From assembly GCA_038820405.1 (NCBI GenBank), contig JAWAXL010000003.1:1-53091 (forward strand): 53,091 nucleotides of DNA, written 5' to 3'. The notes under the pieces are model-generated. The model did not search any database. It worked only from the letters and a program-made list of their open reading frames with translations, and was not told where the DNA came from. This DNA comes from Candidatus Bathyarchaeia archaeon. GTDB taxonomy: Archaea; Thermoproteota; Bathyarchaeia; Bathyarchaeales; DTEX01. Numbering within the stretch: position 1 is the stretch's first letter; every line of letters starts with the position of its first letter. Of this stretch, positions 1 through 10,362 are shown in pieces. The position numbers and the translations under genes are program-made.

Positions 1-436
1 GCGGCCTGAGAACTTTGCCCTCAAGCCCAGCCTCCCGCTCTATCAGGAGCATAGCCTTAAGTCTCTGGGAGAAAGGCCTCTCGTCGAGAACCTCGCCTGT
101 CACGAGGAAGTCTGCGCCTATCTTCTCAGCAAGCTCCTTAGCCTTCCTAAACATAAGTATTCGACAGTCTATGCACGGGTTCATCTGGCTCCCATATCCA
201 TGGCGCGGATTAGCAACTATGTCGAGAAATTCTTGGCCCAAAAGGATTGCGTGGAGTTTTATGCCAAATTCTTTAGAGATTCTATTAACTGCGTCGCAAC
301 TGCATCTACAGAATGGCGTCACAAAATGAACTGCCTCAACATCAATGTTCTGATCCAGGATTATTCTCATGGCAAGTAAGCTATCTAAGCCACCTGAAAC
401 TAACGCTAAAGCCTTAGGCCTCCGCATACTTTCCAT
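1..436 (-). CDS. ThiI-like PP-loop tRNA sulfurtransferase, truncated by window edge
   Basis: Manual minus-strand translation, not in ORF track: MESMRRPKALALVSGGLDSLLA...HGYGSQMNPCIDCR...VTGEVLDERPFSQ. Has the SGGLDS PP-loop and CxxC. Confidence 0.8.
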   Translation of the reverse strand, partial: MESMRRPKALALVSGGLDSLLAMRIILDQNIDVEAVHFVTPFCRCSCDAVNRISKEFGIKLHAILLGQEFLDIVANPRHGYGSQMNPCIDCRILMFRKAKELAEKIGADFLVTGEVLDERPFSQRLKAMLLIEREAGLEGKVLRP

Positions 437-635
437 TTTATCCCAAAATATTTTAATAAACATGAGTTTTATAAACATAACACGGTTATACTCTGAAGCG
501 AGCCCTTCTCCATCAACAAATTTTTACTCCTCTAATCTTCGTTCATTTTGCGAATAGTAGCTTTTAATGTTGCATGAGAGGATCTAAAAATGAGTAAGTG
601 AGTAAGGAACAAAACGGTTAACCTAATAACTTAAT

Positions 636-1463
636 TTAAAAGTTAATGGGCGCTATTTTTGTTACTTTCCCTAAGAGTTTATTTGCGATTAACTGTGCTA
701 CCTTTGCTCCACTTAACAGCATCCCACCAAAGATTGGGCCCATTCGTGGGGTCTGGTCTACTGCTGCAACCGCCATCCCAGCGGCAAAAAGCCCCGGGCA
801 AACTTCCCTTGTTCCTTCAATAATTAGTTTTTCAGCCTTAGAAGCCCACATTGATTTCTCACCTAGAACTGAAATGTTTAGTTCTGGTACTTTCCTAGAG
901 ACTACCGATAAGATTTCGGCGTCATGACCTGTACAGTCTACGACAGCCCTGGACTTGATTGCGAGTGGATCAACATGCAATCCGGCCATTATAACGGACG
1001 ACCACTGTACAACAACGCCAACAACTCTGGGCGGGTCATCTCTATAGATTATATCATCGACTGTTATGCCCAGAATTATTTTTGCGCCAGCGTTTATAGC
1101 TCCGGATGCAAGTTTAGCCATCATTTCGGCAGCATCTACAACAAATAGTCCATTCTCGATTTTCTCCATTCTGCAGCCAACATCTTCCAGAATTTTCTCT
1201 GCTGGGGATTCCACAGCAACCTTGTGGAACTGCATTCCCCCACCGCCTAAGCCCCCACCAAAGGAAAGTCTCCTCTCAAATAGAACTGTTTTTAGGCCAG
1301 CTTTAGCTGTATATATAGCGGCTGTAAGTCCCGCAGGCCCGGCACCAACAACCACGACATCGGTCTCAGCAATTTTTAACCAATCTTCTATGCTCTTCTG
1401 AGTTATTGTTCGAGTTATTACATCTTCCTCGATCTCCCTGATTTTAAGGGACATATTAACCAT
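636..1463 (-). CDS. thi4: Sulfide-dependent thiazole synthase Thi4
   Basis: GAGPAG dinucleotide motif, GGG-rich segment, HVDP, RMGPIFGGMLLSG. Confidence 0.93.
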   Translation of the reverse strand: MVNMSLKIREIEEDVITRTITQKSIEDWLKIAETDVVVVGAGPAGLTAAIYTAKAGLKTVLFERRLSFGGGLGGGGMQFHKVAVESPAEKILEDVGCRMEKIENGLFVVDAAEMMAKLASGAINAGAKIILGITVDDIIYRDDPPRVVGVVVQWSSVIMAGLHVDPLAIKSRAVVDCTGHDAEILSVVSRKVPELNISVLGEKSMWASKAEKLIIEGTREVCPGLFAAGMAVAAVDQTPRMGPIFGGMLLSGAKVAQLIANKLLGKVTKIAPINF

Positions 1464-1503
1464 AATGGATCCCTTAATTTAATGAGGGAAAGAATATCTT
1501 AAT

Positions 1504-1833
1504 CTATGATTTTAAGGCTTTCTTTTTCTGTATAGATAGGCATAGTTCACAGAACTTTAATGCAACTTCATTTAGATCTATTTCTCCAGAAGCTATTTTA
1601 CTAGCTATCTCTTTCGCGGTTGACTGAATTATGGGCAGTATCTCCTCAAATTGTTCTAAGTCTCCAGTCCCGCGCTTTAAGCGTAAATATTGGCTTATAG
1701 CCGCCTGCGTCGTCCCAATCTTCTTAGCGACTTCAATCTGCGTGAAACCATACTTTTCAATAAGCTCCCTAGATACATGAGCCCTGAAAATTGGAATAAG
1801 ATGCCGACCAATAGATTCACATGGCAAATACAT
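1504..1833 (-). CDS. Small HTH transcriptional regulator resembling the ThiR N-terminal domain (COG2522-like)
   Basis: LPCE...TQIEVAKKIGTTQAAISQYL HTH, C-terminal FCELC; directly upstream of thi4. Confidence 0.8.
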   Translation of the reverse strand: MYLPCESIGRHLIPIFRAHVSRELIEKYGFTQIEVAKKIGTTQAAISQYLRLKRGTGDLEQFEEILPIIQSTAKEIASKIASGEIDLNEVALKFCELCLSIQKKKALKS

Positions 1834-1854
1834 GGCAAGCTACCTTTAAAATGA

Positions 1855-1869
1855 TATAACATGCTTATA
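1855..1869. promoter_or_regulatory. Near-palindromic operator candidate upstream of HTH-thi4
   Basis: TATAAC-ATG-CTTATA; a similar perfect ATAAC-ACG-GTTAT lies at 477-489. Confidence 0.4.
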
Positions 1870-2144
1870 ATTTAAAATTTTCGCCTAAGAAATAAGGCGC
1901 TTAAGTGCACTGATTTAGGGTAAACACTGCCTTAATGTTTCCTGTTAAGAATATATAGCTCGTACGAAGTCTGTAAAACCTATTGAGAACGTTGAATAAT
2001 GAAGCTGCTTAAATAGTCTATTGCAGTTTCATCTAAAGTCATAGATGCTTTATTTAAATCTTTCAGTTTCATTATTAATGTTCAAATAAAGTAAAAAGTA
2101 TCAGGATACTGAGGTGATCCTTGAGAAACTCAAAATAGCAAAAT

Positions 2145-2921
2145 TTAGCCTTCTACACTTTTTATTCTCTCTGGAAATGTGTAAATGCTAAAGTATCTTC
2201 CCCTAGCAAACCCTATAAGGGTTAATCCAAAGTTATTGGCAATCTTTAGGCCTAGGCTTGTGGGAGCCGCCAGTGACACCAGAACTGGTATCCCAACATG
2301 AATAGCTTTAATAACTATCTCTGATGTGAGCCTACCAGTAGACGCTAAGAGCAATTTTGTGAGATCTATGCCTTTAAGAGTGGCATCGCCGACAACCTTA
2401 TCGACAGCGTTATGCCTACCTATATCCTCAGCAAATGAGATAATGCTGCACTCGCCGTTAACTAGAGCCGCACTATGGGTGCCGCCAGAAACCTTATGAA
2501 GTGAGGAGAATTTGTTTAATGCTTCAATACTCTTAAAAATGGCTTCAGCGTCAAACTTAATGCTGTTAAATCTTAATTTATTAACTTTCCTTGAGAGATG
2601 TAGTTGAATGTTGCCACCACAAAAAGTAGTTATTAATCGCTGCCCTCTAAAGGTGGGGGAATTATCCTCAAGCAGCTTAATATAAGCGCTCTTTCCAGAA
2701 ACCTTTATATTTACAATACTTCTCACATCCTCTATAATGCCCTCAGTTAGAAGGTGTCCTACTATAAGCTCCTTAATCTGTGTGGGAAGGCAATGAAAAG
2801 ATGCGTAGAAACCTCCATTAATATATGTGTCGATTACTTCCTCAAACACAACAAACCTCTTTAAAGATTCAAAAGTGCGATTAATTCGATCGAACCTCAG
2901 AACATCGTGTTCGGCTAACAC
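2145..2921 (-). CDS. fdhD: Formate dehydrogenase accessory sulfurtransferase FdhD
   Basis: GGTHSAAL, EDIGRHNAVDK, STGRLTSEIVIKA, GFARG motifs; TFCG Cys retained. Confidence 0.92.
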   Translation of the reverse strand: MLAEHDVLRFDRINRTFESLKRFVVFEEVIDTYINGGFYASFHCLPTQIKELIVGHLLTEGIIEDVRSIVNIKVSGKSAYIKLLEDNSPTFRGQRLITTFCGGNIQLHLSRKVNKLRFNSIKFDAEAIFKSIEALNKFSSLHKVSGGTHSAALVNGECSIISFAEDIGRHNAVDKVVGDATLKGIDLTKLLLASTGRLTSEIVIKAIHVGIPVLVSLAAPTSLGLKIANNFGLTLIGFARGRYFSIYTFPERIKSVEG

Positions 2922-3189
2922 TTCTTAGTCTCTCCTCTCCCTCATACGCTTTAGTCATATTATACTTGGCCTCATATATTTATAAGATGTTAATGCATAT
3001 AATAGAAAACTCTGCCATTAAATAAGATACCGATCACCTCAGAATTTAAACTGCAATTATGACTTTATATATCCATTAAGATTTCCATTAATCGTCGAAA
3101 GGACTCCTATTACAGCATTGGGATATTCTGCTTAGGCGAATTAATCCACGGGTATCTCGCTGGGGTTTTGAGGCAGAGCGACCTAAAAC

Positions 3190-3339
3190 TTAAGGCTACT
3201 GAGGTCTAAGGCTAAGCAGGCTGGCATGGGCATAAACGCATACCTCGAGCGTATCCTCCTCTCAGGGACGGTCCCAGGACAGTCTCCTATAGCAAAATGT
3301 TCCCCCGCAAACAGAGCCCATTTCAAGCTTCGTTTTTGA
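3190..3339 (+). pseudogene. Startless RHH-like fragment next to the tRNA 3' end, possible integrated-element relic
   Basis: Reads LRLLRSKAKQAGMGINAYLERILL; in-frame TAA at 3184-3186; contains palindrome GGGACGGTCCC (3265-3275). Confidence 0.35.
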
Positions 3340-3358
3340 AAAGAAGAGAGAATTTTGG

Positions 3359-3446
3359 TGGTGCGGGGAGCGGGATTTGAACCCGCGAACCCCTACGGGA
3401 CAGGCTCCTGAAGCCTGCGCCTTTGACCTGGCTTGGCTATCCCCGC
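3359..3446 (-). tRNA. tRNA-Leu(CAG), intronless, CCA encoded
   Basis: Reverse complement GCGGGGATAGCCAAGCCAGGTCAAAGGCGCAGGC-TTCAGGA-GCCTG...GGTTCAAATCCCGCTCCCCGCACCA; long variable arm. Confidence 0.97.
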
Positions 3447-3485
3447 TTTCATCCTCTAATCAATTTAATAAGATTAAGAGACCTT

Positions 3486-4337
3486 TTATTTTACGGTTCC
3501 GATCAGAAATGCTATTAAGCTTATTAGCATCCATATTAGAATTGCTTTTTTGGTTTTTTTGGCATTTTCCTTTGTCACATTTTTCACTATATTTATTGAT
3601 GAGATCATGAAGCCGATATCAGCAATGAGTAGTAGTGGTATAAACCATATATTTACAATTTTTAGGATTATTGGGAGTGGGCTTAAGGCGACTGCCATCA
3701 CGAAGAATATGAGGGCTATTTGAGATGCTCTTCTCGGCCCATAGGATATTGCCAGCGTTTTTATACATCTCAATCTATCACCCTCTATATCGGTGATACC
3801 CTTAATTATCTCACGTCCAGTATTTGCGAGAAAGGCCATAGCCGCAAATATTGCTGTGTTAGGTTCAATTAACCCTTTTACGCACACTCCGCCGTAGATA
3901 AATGGTATAGAGACACAGGTGCTCACCATAAAGTTTCCCAGCAACCCAACATGTTTGCCCGATCTTGAATAAAGTGCGGAAATTAGCAATGAGATTAGGG
4001 CTAGAATAAAACATATTTGATGTGTTAATATTGCTGAGACCAATCCTATAACTGCCAGTATTATGGATATGGCTATGCTTTCTGAGGGACTTATTAGCCT
4101 ACTGGGTATGGGTCGGCTCGGCTCATTTATAGCGTCAATTTCTCTGTCATAATAATCATTTATTGTCATAGATGCTCCAGTTAACATAAAAGCAGTTATG
4201 AAACCAAACACTAAGTTCATTAAGCTTTCTTCAATAACGTTTCCAGCGGATATGATGGCGCCAACTATAACTGCAAACCCCATCATTACACAATTTATTG
4301 GGCGTATGATCTTAATAAAACCAATAATCTTTTTCAT
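3486..4337 (-). CDS. Digeranylgeranylglyceryl phosphate synthase (UbiA family)
   Basis: IRPINC, NDYYDREIDAINEPSRPIPS, REIIKGITDIEGD; multiple TM segments. Confidence 0.9.
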   Translation of the reverse strand: MKKIIGFIKIIRPINCVMMGFAVIVGAIISAGNVIEESLMNLVFGFITAFMLTGASMTINDYYDREIDAINEPSRPIPSRLISPSESIAISIILAVIGLVSAILTHQICFILALISLLISALYSRSGKHVGLLGNFMVSTCVSIPFIYGGVCVKGLIEPNTAIFAAMAFLANTGREIIKGITDIEGDRLRCIKTLAISYGPRRASQIALIFFVMAVALSPLPIILKIVNIWFIPLLLIADIGFMISSINIVKNVTKENAKKTKKAILIWMLISLIAFLIGTVK

Positions 4338-4430
4338 CGCTGATATATTCAGGTGCGATGAACTTAATAAGCTGACGGTGTTAGGCTTTTATTTAGACAA
4401 TAATCTACGCTAATAGCAATGTGAAAGTCT

Positions 4431-6401
4431 ATGGAGAGAAAAGTATCCCAAAATCCCTTTATGGAGTTTAGAATGCAGTGTAAGGATTTACTGTTCAAGA
4501 CCCTAGAAGAAATGTCCATTGATTTAACTGCACTCAGAATCACACTTGACATACCGCCAAGACCACAGTTCGGCGAGTTAACCTCACTTCTATGCTTTGA
4601 AGCAGCAAAGCAACTCTCAAAGGCTCCAGAAGAAGTTGCTAAAGAAATTGAAGCTAAAGCTAAGAATAGAATTAAAGATTACCCGTTAATAATGGATGTG
4701 AACGCTTCCCAAGGATACATAAATTTTTATGTAAATTACGCAGAGCTGTCCTCGCTGGCAATAACCTCCGCTAGAAAACTCGACGTGGAATACGGTTTTG
4801 TCAAGGTTTGTGAGACTGAAAGAGCGAGGATAATAGTTGAGCACACTAGCGTTAACCCTGTTCATCCAATCCACATTGGCTCGGCGAGAAACACATTTCT
4901 AGGGGACTCCTTAGCCCGTATGCTTAAAGCTAGAGGACAAATAATATCAAGGCACTACTACATTGATGATGTAGGCAAGCAATCGGCGATAGCTGCTTTC
5001 GGCTATAAATTACTGGGCAGGCCCGCTCCCAAGGGGAAGCCAGACTATTTCATAGGAACCATATACGCCATTATCAACTGCCTTCTAGAAATTAGGAAAT
5101 TTAAGGGAATTATTAAGCAATTAGAGAAGGATGAAGGTAGATGGGATGAAGCCCAGAGAGTTAAGGCGGAGCTAGATAAGTGGGTTGAAGCGGCCGTGGA
5201 GCTGCAAGAAAAGTTCCCTGACATGTTCAATAAAATGCTGGATGCTTTCGAGAAAATAGAAGAGCCCGAGGCTGAGATAAATGCCCTTATGAGAGGCTAT
5301 GAGAGGGGAGATGAGGATAATAAAGCATTAATACGCGAAGTTTCATTAATATGCCTCGAAGGGTTTAAGCAGACGCTTGAGAGGGCAGATGTATACTTTG
5401 ATTCATGGGATTGGGAGAGCAGTTTTGTCTGGAGCGGTGATGTAGCAAGATGTTTAAAAGCATTAGAAAGAACACCCTACGTCTTTCGTAGAGGCGACGT
5501 ATTCGAATTTAATGCTGAGGGGGTTGCAAGGAATTTCAATCTTAAGAAAAGCATTGGTTTAAAAGAGGACTACGAGATACCCTCTTTAACTCTCGGTAGA
5601 TCAGATGGAACAACGCTTTACACCACACGGGATATAGCATACAGCATATGGAAGTTTAGGAGAGCTGATAAAGTTATTAATGTAATAGGGATGGAGCAGA
5701 AACTTGCCCAGCTGCAGCTGAAATTAGCATTATACGCCTTAGGCTATATTAAGGAGGCAGAAAACCTCATACATTTTGCATATAACCTCGTGAGCTTTCC
5801 AAGAATGAAGTTCTCTGGTAGGAGGGGGCGCTATATAACCTTGGATGAAGTTATGGATGAGGCTGTATCAAGAGCATACATGGAAGTTAAGAAGCGCTCA
5901 ACAGATTTATCTGAGGATGAAATGCGCAGAATAGCTGAGAAAGTTGGTATAGGCGCCGTAAAATATGCATTGATTGAAACCGACCCATTAAAACCAGTCA
6001 CATTCACTTGGGATAGAGTCGTTAATTTCGAGAGGAACAGCGGACCCTATATACAATACACTCATGCAAGAGCTTGCAGTATATTGATGAAGGCTTCAAG
6101 AAAAGCTAATGACGCGAACTTCTCCCTGCTCAAAGAACCTATTGAACGCGAGATAGTGCTCATGATAGCGCGTTTTCCAGAAATATTCATTGATGCAGCT
6201 GATAATCTTAGACCTAACTTAATAGCAGACTTCGCAAACTCTCTAGCAGATAAATTTAACACGTTTTATGCATTGCTCCCCGTTATAAAGGCGGAGCCAC
6301 CTGAATTGAGTGACACAAGGCTATTATTGGTTGATGCTGTAAGGATAGTTTTAAGAAATTCATTAAATCTCCTTGGAATAGAGGCTCCTCAGAGAATGTG
6401 A
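4431..6401 (+). CDS. argS: Arginine--tRNA ligase
   Basis: EHTSVNPVHPIHIG, DGTTLYTTRDIAY, GPYIQYTHARACSI, C-terminal APQRM. Confidence 0.96.
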   Translation: MERKVSQNPFMEFRMQCKDLLFKTLEEMSIDLTALRITLDIPPRPQFGELTSLLCFEAAKQLSKAPEEVAKEIEAKAKNRIKDYPLIMDVNASQGYINFYVNYAELSSLAITSARKLDVEYGFVKVCETERARIIVEHTSVNPVHPIHIGSARNTFLGDSLARMLKARGQIISRHYYIDDVGKQSAIAAFGYKLLGRPAPKGKPDYFIGTIYAIINCLLEIRKFKGIIKQLEKDEGRWDEAQRVKAELDKWVEAAVELQEKFPDMFNKMLDAFEKIEEPEAEINALMRGYERGDEDNKALIREVSLICLEGFKQTLERADVYFDSWDWESSFVWSGDVARCLKALERTPYVFRRGDVFEFNAEGVARNFNLKKSIGLKEDYEIPSLTLGRSDGTTLYTTRDIAYSIWKFRRADKVINVIGMEQKLAQLQLKLALYALGYIKEAENLIHFAYNLVSFPRMKFSGRRGRYITLDEVMDEAVSRAYMEVKKRSTDLSEDEMRRIAEKVGIGAVKYALIETDPLKPVTFTWDRVVNFERNSGPYIQYTHARACSILMKASRKANDANFSLLKEPIEREIVLMIARFPEIFIDAADNLRPNLIADFANSLADKFNTFYALLPVIKAEPPELSDTRLLLVDAVRIVLRNSLNLLGIEAPQRM

Positions 6402-6408
6402 GACGCTT

Positions 6409-6804
6409 CTACTTTAGTGGCACATACATGCTGCTTCTTGTCGCGCCTATACCTGGGGCCCCATGTTTAACCGGCTTGTTTGTTATGGCATACTCACCTA
6501 AATAACGCCCTATCATCTCTGGCTTTATCTCTACAGGAACAAATTCCTTGCCATTATGGACGTGTATTGTTAGACCAACCATCTCCGGTAGTATTATTGT
6601 ATCCCTGCAATGGGTTCTAATTGGCTTATTATATTTGCTTTCCCTTGCAAGTCGCACCTTCTCAAGGAGTCTCCTCTGCTCATAATATAGGCCGCGCCTT
6701 AGGCTTCTCCGAACACGTGAAGTAAGTAACTGCATGAACTCATCCATCGACATATTCATTAAATTTTCAAGCGTATATCCCCTATACCTAAACTCCCTTG
6801 GCAT
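6409..6804 (-). CDS. rps19: 30S ribosomal protein uS19
   Basis: [35 protein letters not shown]. Confidence 0.97.
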   Translation of the reverse strand: MPREFRYRGYTLENLMNMSMDEFMQLLTSRVRRSLRRGLYYEQRRLLEKVRLARESKYNKPIRTHCRDTIILPEMVGLTIHVHNGKEFVPVEIKPEMIGRYLGEYAITNKPVKHGAPGIGATRSSMYVPLK

Positions 6805-6862
6805 ATTATCACCAATGGATCATTACTTCATTGAATGTTTTGACGCTTTTAAACATTGCTCT

Positions 6863-9082
6863 TTACTCAATGTCACAGTAATCTTCTGACTTAGGCAGTT
6901 CTGGACTTAATCCTTTTCTCTCACGTATCTGCTTTATTATGTCCATTTGCATCGAATCTGGTAATGGCGCCCACCTACTGAATTGTGTTGCCCAGAAAGT
7001 CCTCCCTTGCGTTGAAGATCTAAGCTCATCAGCAAGCCCAAAAGACTCTGCAACAGGAATCTCCGCCTTAACTAACATTATGTCCTCCTCGCTTGTTATG
7101 TCTATGAGCCTACCACGCCTCCTCTGAATAATTGCAATAACCTGGCTTAGAAAGTCGCTTGGAACTTTACATTCAAAGCTTAGTATAGGCTCTAGGAGCC
7201 TGGGCTCGCAGAGTAAGAAGCAGCCCCATATTGGCCGCCATGTCATAGGCATTATTTGAGCTGGCCCCCTATGTACTGGATCCTCATGAATAAGTATATC
7301 TTCAAGGTTAACCTTAAGACCATAGGCGGGCTCTTTAGCTAGAGGCATAGAGTTCACCGCATCTCTGAAGGCTGCTTTAATATGCTCTATAACATCTTCA
7401 ACGAATTGTCTACCCTTAATCCTGTTTACGAGAATATTTGTCCCTTCAATAGCTATTACGTTCCTAGCGTCCTCGGCTGACCAGCCGAACTCATGCATGA
7501 GTATCTTTTGCCTCTCATCTCTCTTCTGCATCTCTGAAATCTTACCAGATTTTATAGCCTCGATAACGTCATCTGAAAGCCTCTCTACAGTGACCCAGAG
7601 TTTATTGTGCTTATTTGGGCTTTTACCCATGATTGGGGGACCTTTATACTCTCGACTTATTGTCTCACGGTATACCACTATCGGCTTACTCATTTTAACT
7701 TTTAAACCAGCTTCCTGCATTCGATAGGCAGCTATCTCTAGATGCAATTCACCCATTCCACTTAAAAGATATTCCCCTGTCTCCTTATTTATTATGAAGC
7801 GTAAGTTTGGATCCTCTAGGATTATCTTACGTATAACCTTGTCAAAGAGTGGTAGATCTCTGATATCAGCTGGTTCTACGGCCACTGTTACAACAGGTTC
7901 AGAAACATACTTCAGGCTCTCAAATGGAACTGTATCAACGCCATCATCAGTTATAGTTTCACCAACCTGTAAGGGAGGTAGCCCAGAGATGGCAGCTATA
8001 TTTCCAGCCGGTATCATATCAACAATAATTTTATCAGTGCCCATATACATGTAGACCTGCTGGATTGTTGCCTTTTGCCTACTAGTAACTAGCTGGATTA
8101 CTTTACCCCTCTCAACAACTCCACTAAAGACGCGTCCTATAGCAATAATACCACTATGTGGATCAACCTCAACAGCAGTTACGCACATCAGTAGAGGTCC
8201 ATTTGCATTCACTTCAGCCATACCTAAGCCAACTTTGCTTTTCGAATCTCCCGGCCATATCTGTGTTTGCCTATATGGCTGAGCTTCAATTGGACTTGGT
8301 AAGTGCTCACAAAACATGTTGAGTATTGGTTCATACAGTGGAACAGTCTTGCTCAGTGCGTCAACTTTTTTAGCAACCTCTTCGGGGGAGCCAGAGTAAG
8401 CGTCGATGACATCCTTGAAGGTTATTCCTTTGGCCCTCATATATTGTAGAGTGAAGCCCCACTTATGTAGGGCGGAGCCAAACGCAACTGTACCATTCTC
8501 AACCTTAACCTGCCAATCCTTCTTATGCTCAGGTGGAGCATACTTCTCAATTAAACTATTTATCCTGAGTATTATCTTCGCAAATCTCTGTTGCATTTCC
8601 TGTGGAGTTAATCTTAACTCTTTGATTAATCTGTCAACTTTATTTATGAATAGAATTGGTTTAACTCTCTCATGCAAGGCTTGCATCAGAACCGTTTCTG
8701 TCTGAGTCATTGGTCCCTCAACAGCATCGACGACAACAAGTGCACCATCCGCAGCTCTTAGGCTTCTCGTCACCGCACCACTGAAGTCTATATGTCCAGG
8801 TGTATCAATTAAGTTTATGAGGTACTCCTCATTCTTATATGTGTGTACTAGGCTTATATTTGATGGAAAGACGGTCATTTGTCTCTTCTGTTCGAGCTCC
8901 CAAGAGTCTAGGAAAAGTCTCTGACCAGCAACTTCCATGCTAATTATGCCAGCTGCAGCAAGTAAGCTATCTGAGAGAGTAGTTTTACCATGGTCTACAT
9001 GAGCAATTATACTAGTGTTTCTTATACGCCTCGGGTCATTCATCAGCTTGACTATATCTGCAATCTGTTTATAGCGTCCCAT
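6863..9082 (-). CDS. Elongation factor EF-2 family GTPase, probably the paralogous aEF-2p copy
   Basis: AHVDHGKTT, DTPGH, NKVD, GMGELHL, HEDPVHRGPAQ; switch I reads RQMTV rather than RGITI. Confidence 0.9.
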   Translation of the reverse strand: MGRYKQIADIVKLMNDPRRIRNTSIIAHVDHGKTTLSDSLLAAAGIISMEVAGQRLFLDSWELEQKRQMTVFPSNISLVHTYKNEEYLINLIDTPGHIDFSGAVTRSLRAADGALVVVDAVEGPMTQTETVLMQALHERVKPILFINKVDRLIKELRLTPQEMQQRFAKIILRINSLIEKYAPPEHKKDWQVKVENGTVAFGSALHKWGFTLQYMRAKGITFKDVIDAYSGSPEEVAKKVDALSKTVPLYEPILNMFCEHLPSPIEAQPYRQTQIWPGDSKSKVGLGMAEVNANGPLLMCVTAVEVDPHSGIIAIGRVFSGVVERGKVIQLVTSRQKATIQQVYMYMGTDKIIVDMIPAGNIAAISGLPPLQVGETITDDGVDTVPFESLKYVSEPVVTVAVEPADIRDLPLFDKVIRKIILEDPNLRFIINKETGEYLLSGMGELHLEIAAYRMQEAGLKVKMSKPIVVYRETISREYKGPPIMGKSPNKHNKLWVTVERLSDDVIEAIKSGKISEMQKRDERQKILMHEFGWSAEDARNVIAIEGTNILVNRIKGRQFVEDVIEHIKAAFRDAVNSMPLAKEPAYGLKVNLEDILIHEDPVHRGPAQIMPMTWRPIWGCFLLCEPRLLEPILSFECKVPSDFLSQVIAIIQRRRGRLIDITSEEDIMLVKAEIPVAESFGLADELRSSTQGRTFWATQFSRWAPLPDSMQMDIIKQIRERKGLSPELPKSEDYCDIE

Positions 9083-9258
9083 ATCTAAATCTTCACCACA
9101 CTAAGCACATAAGTATCAATCTTACAGACCCTTATACTTTTCCCCGATATTCATTAACATTACTTTTACATAGTCTAATCTATTTAGAAAAACCTTAAAC
9201 CTTTTCATCGATAAACTCTGTTACCTAGAGCGTTAAACAGGATCACTTAATGGTCCCT

Positions 9259-10299
9259 CTACCGTTGGTTTGAACTATCATCTTCAGAGCTATTTTTATA
9301 ATACAGATTTGGCGGCGCAACTATTACCTTCGTTCCCGGTGGTATCGATGAAGTTATCCAGGCGTTTCCGCCTATAACTGCATCATCACCTATTACTGTC
9401 TCCCCACCTAAAATCGTTGCGCCAGCATATATTACAACATTATTTCCGACAGATGGATGTCTCTTTAAGTCCTTAACCATCTTACCCTTCTCATCCCTCG
9501 GGAAGCTCAATGCCCCGAGGGTAACACCTTGATAAATCTTGACGTTATCGCCTATCTCTGTTGTCTCGCCAATAACTACTCCCGTTCCATGATCTATAAA
9601 GAAGTTTCTTCCAATTTTAGCTCCCGGGTGGATATCTATTCCAGTTATCGAGTGCGCATATTCGGTCATAATCCTTGGTATAATGGGTACACCTCTGATA
9701 TAGAGCTCGTGGGCTATTCTATATGTCGCTATAGCTAGGATGCATGGGTAGCTTAGTATAACTTCATCTGTGCTTTTAGCGGCTGGATCACCATCATAGG
9801 CTGCCCGGACATCACCGATTAACATAGCTCTTACCTCCGGGAGCTTTTCAAGAACCTCTCTGACAATAGCTCTCGCTCTTTTGCGGCATGCCTCCTCAGA
9901 ACCGACTCCAAAGTGTCTAGAGAGGTATCTGAGACTCTTCTCAACCTCCTTAACGAGCCTAGAGTATATAGAGCTCAGGGCACTGCCAACAAAATATTTT
10001 ATATTAGTCTTATCAACCTTAACGTTTCCAAAGTATCCTGGAAAAAGCGTGGAAAGTAGATTCTCTAGTATCTCTATAACTGCGTGCTTTGATGGTAGCT
10101 CCATGTCACCGGACTGGTTTATCCCACCATACTCCTCATAACTTTTAACCATCCTCTCAACAAGTCTTGGAAGACCCTCCTCAAGCCATTTTTCCTCAGC
10201 ATACTCATCAACCTTCGATAGTGAAGCAAGCATTTCTTCAGAGGCCCATACACGAGTTGTCTTATCAACCTTCTCAAGGAAACTTTCCAATTCTCTCAC
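9259..10299 (-). CDS. cysE: Serine O-acetyltransferase (long EpsC-like type)
   Basis: [34 protein letters not shown] hexapeptide region. Confidence 0.92.
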   Translation of the reverse strand: MRELESFLEKVDKTTRVWASEEMLASLSKVDEYAEEKWLEEGLPRLVERMVKSYEEYGGINQSGDMELPSKHAVIEILENLLSTLFPGYFGNVKVDKTNIKYFVGSALSSIYSRLVKEVEKSLRYLSRHFGVGSEEACRKRARAIVREVLEKLPEVRAMLIGDVRAAYDGDPAAKSTDEVILSYPCILAIATYRIAHELYIRGVPIIPRIMTEYAHSITGIDIHPGAKIGRNFFIDHGTGVVIGETTEIGDNVKIYQGVTLGALSFPRDEKGKMVKDLKRHPSVGNNVVIYAGATILGGETVIGDDAVIGGNAWITSSIPPGTKVIVAPPNLYYKNSSEDDSSNQR

Positions 10300-10362
10300 A
10301 CAACCTTATGGCATGAAATACCTTAATTTCTATCTGGAAGTTAAGGAAAAATTTATCGGTTC

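Noticed and set aside
2111-2138. Perfect SD GAGGTGATCC followed by TTG
   Set aside because: It opens only five codons before a stop; no supportable gene.
3377-3610. 77-aa plus-strand ORF
   Set aside because: Antisense shadow of tRNA-Leu and the UbiA gene.
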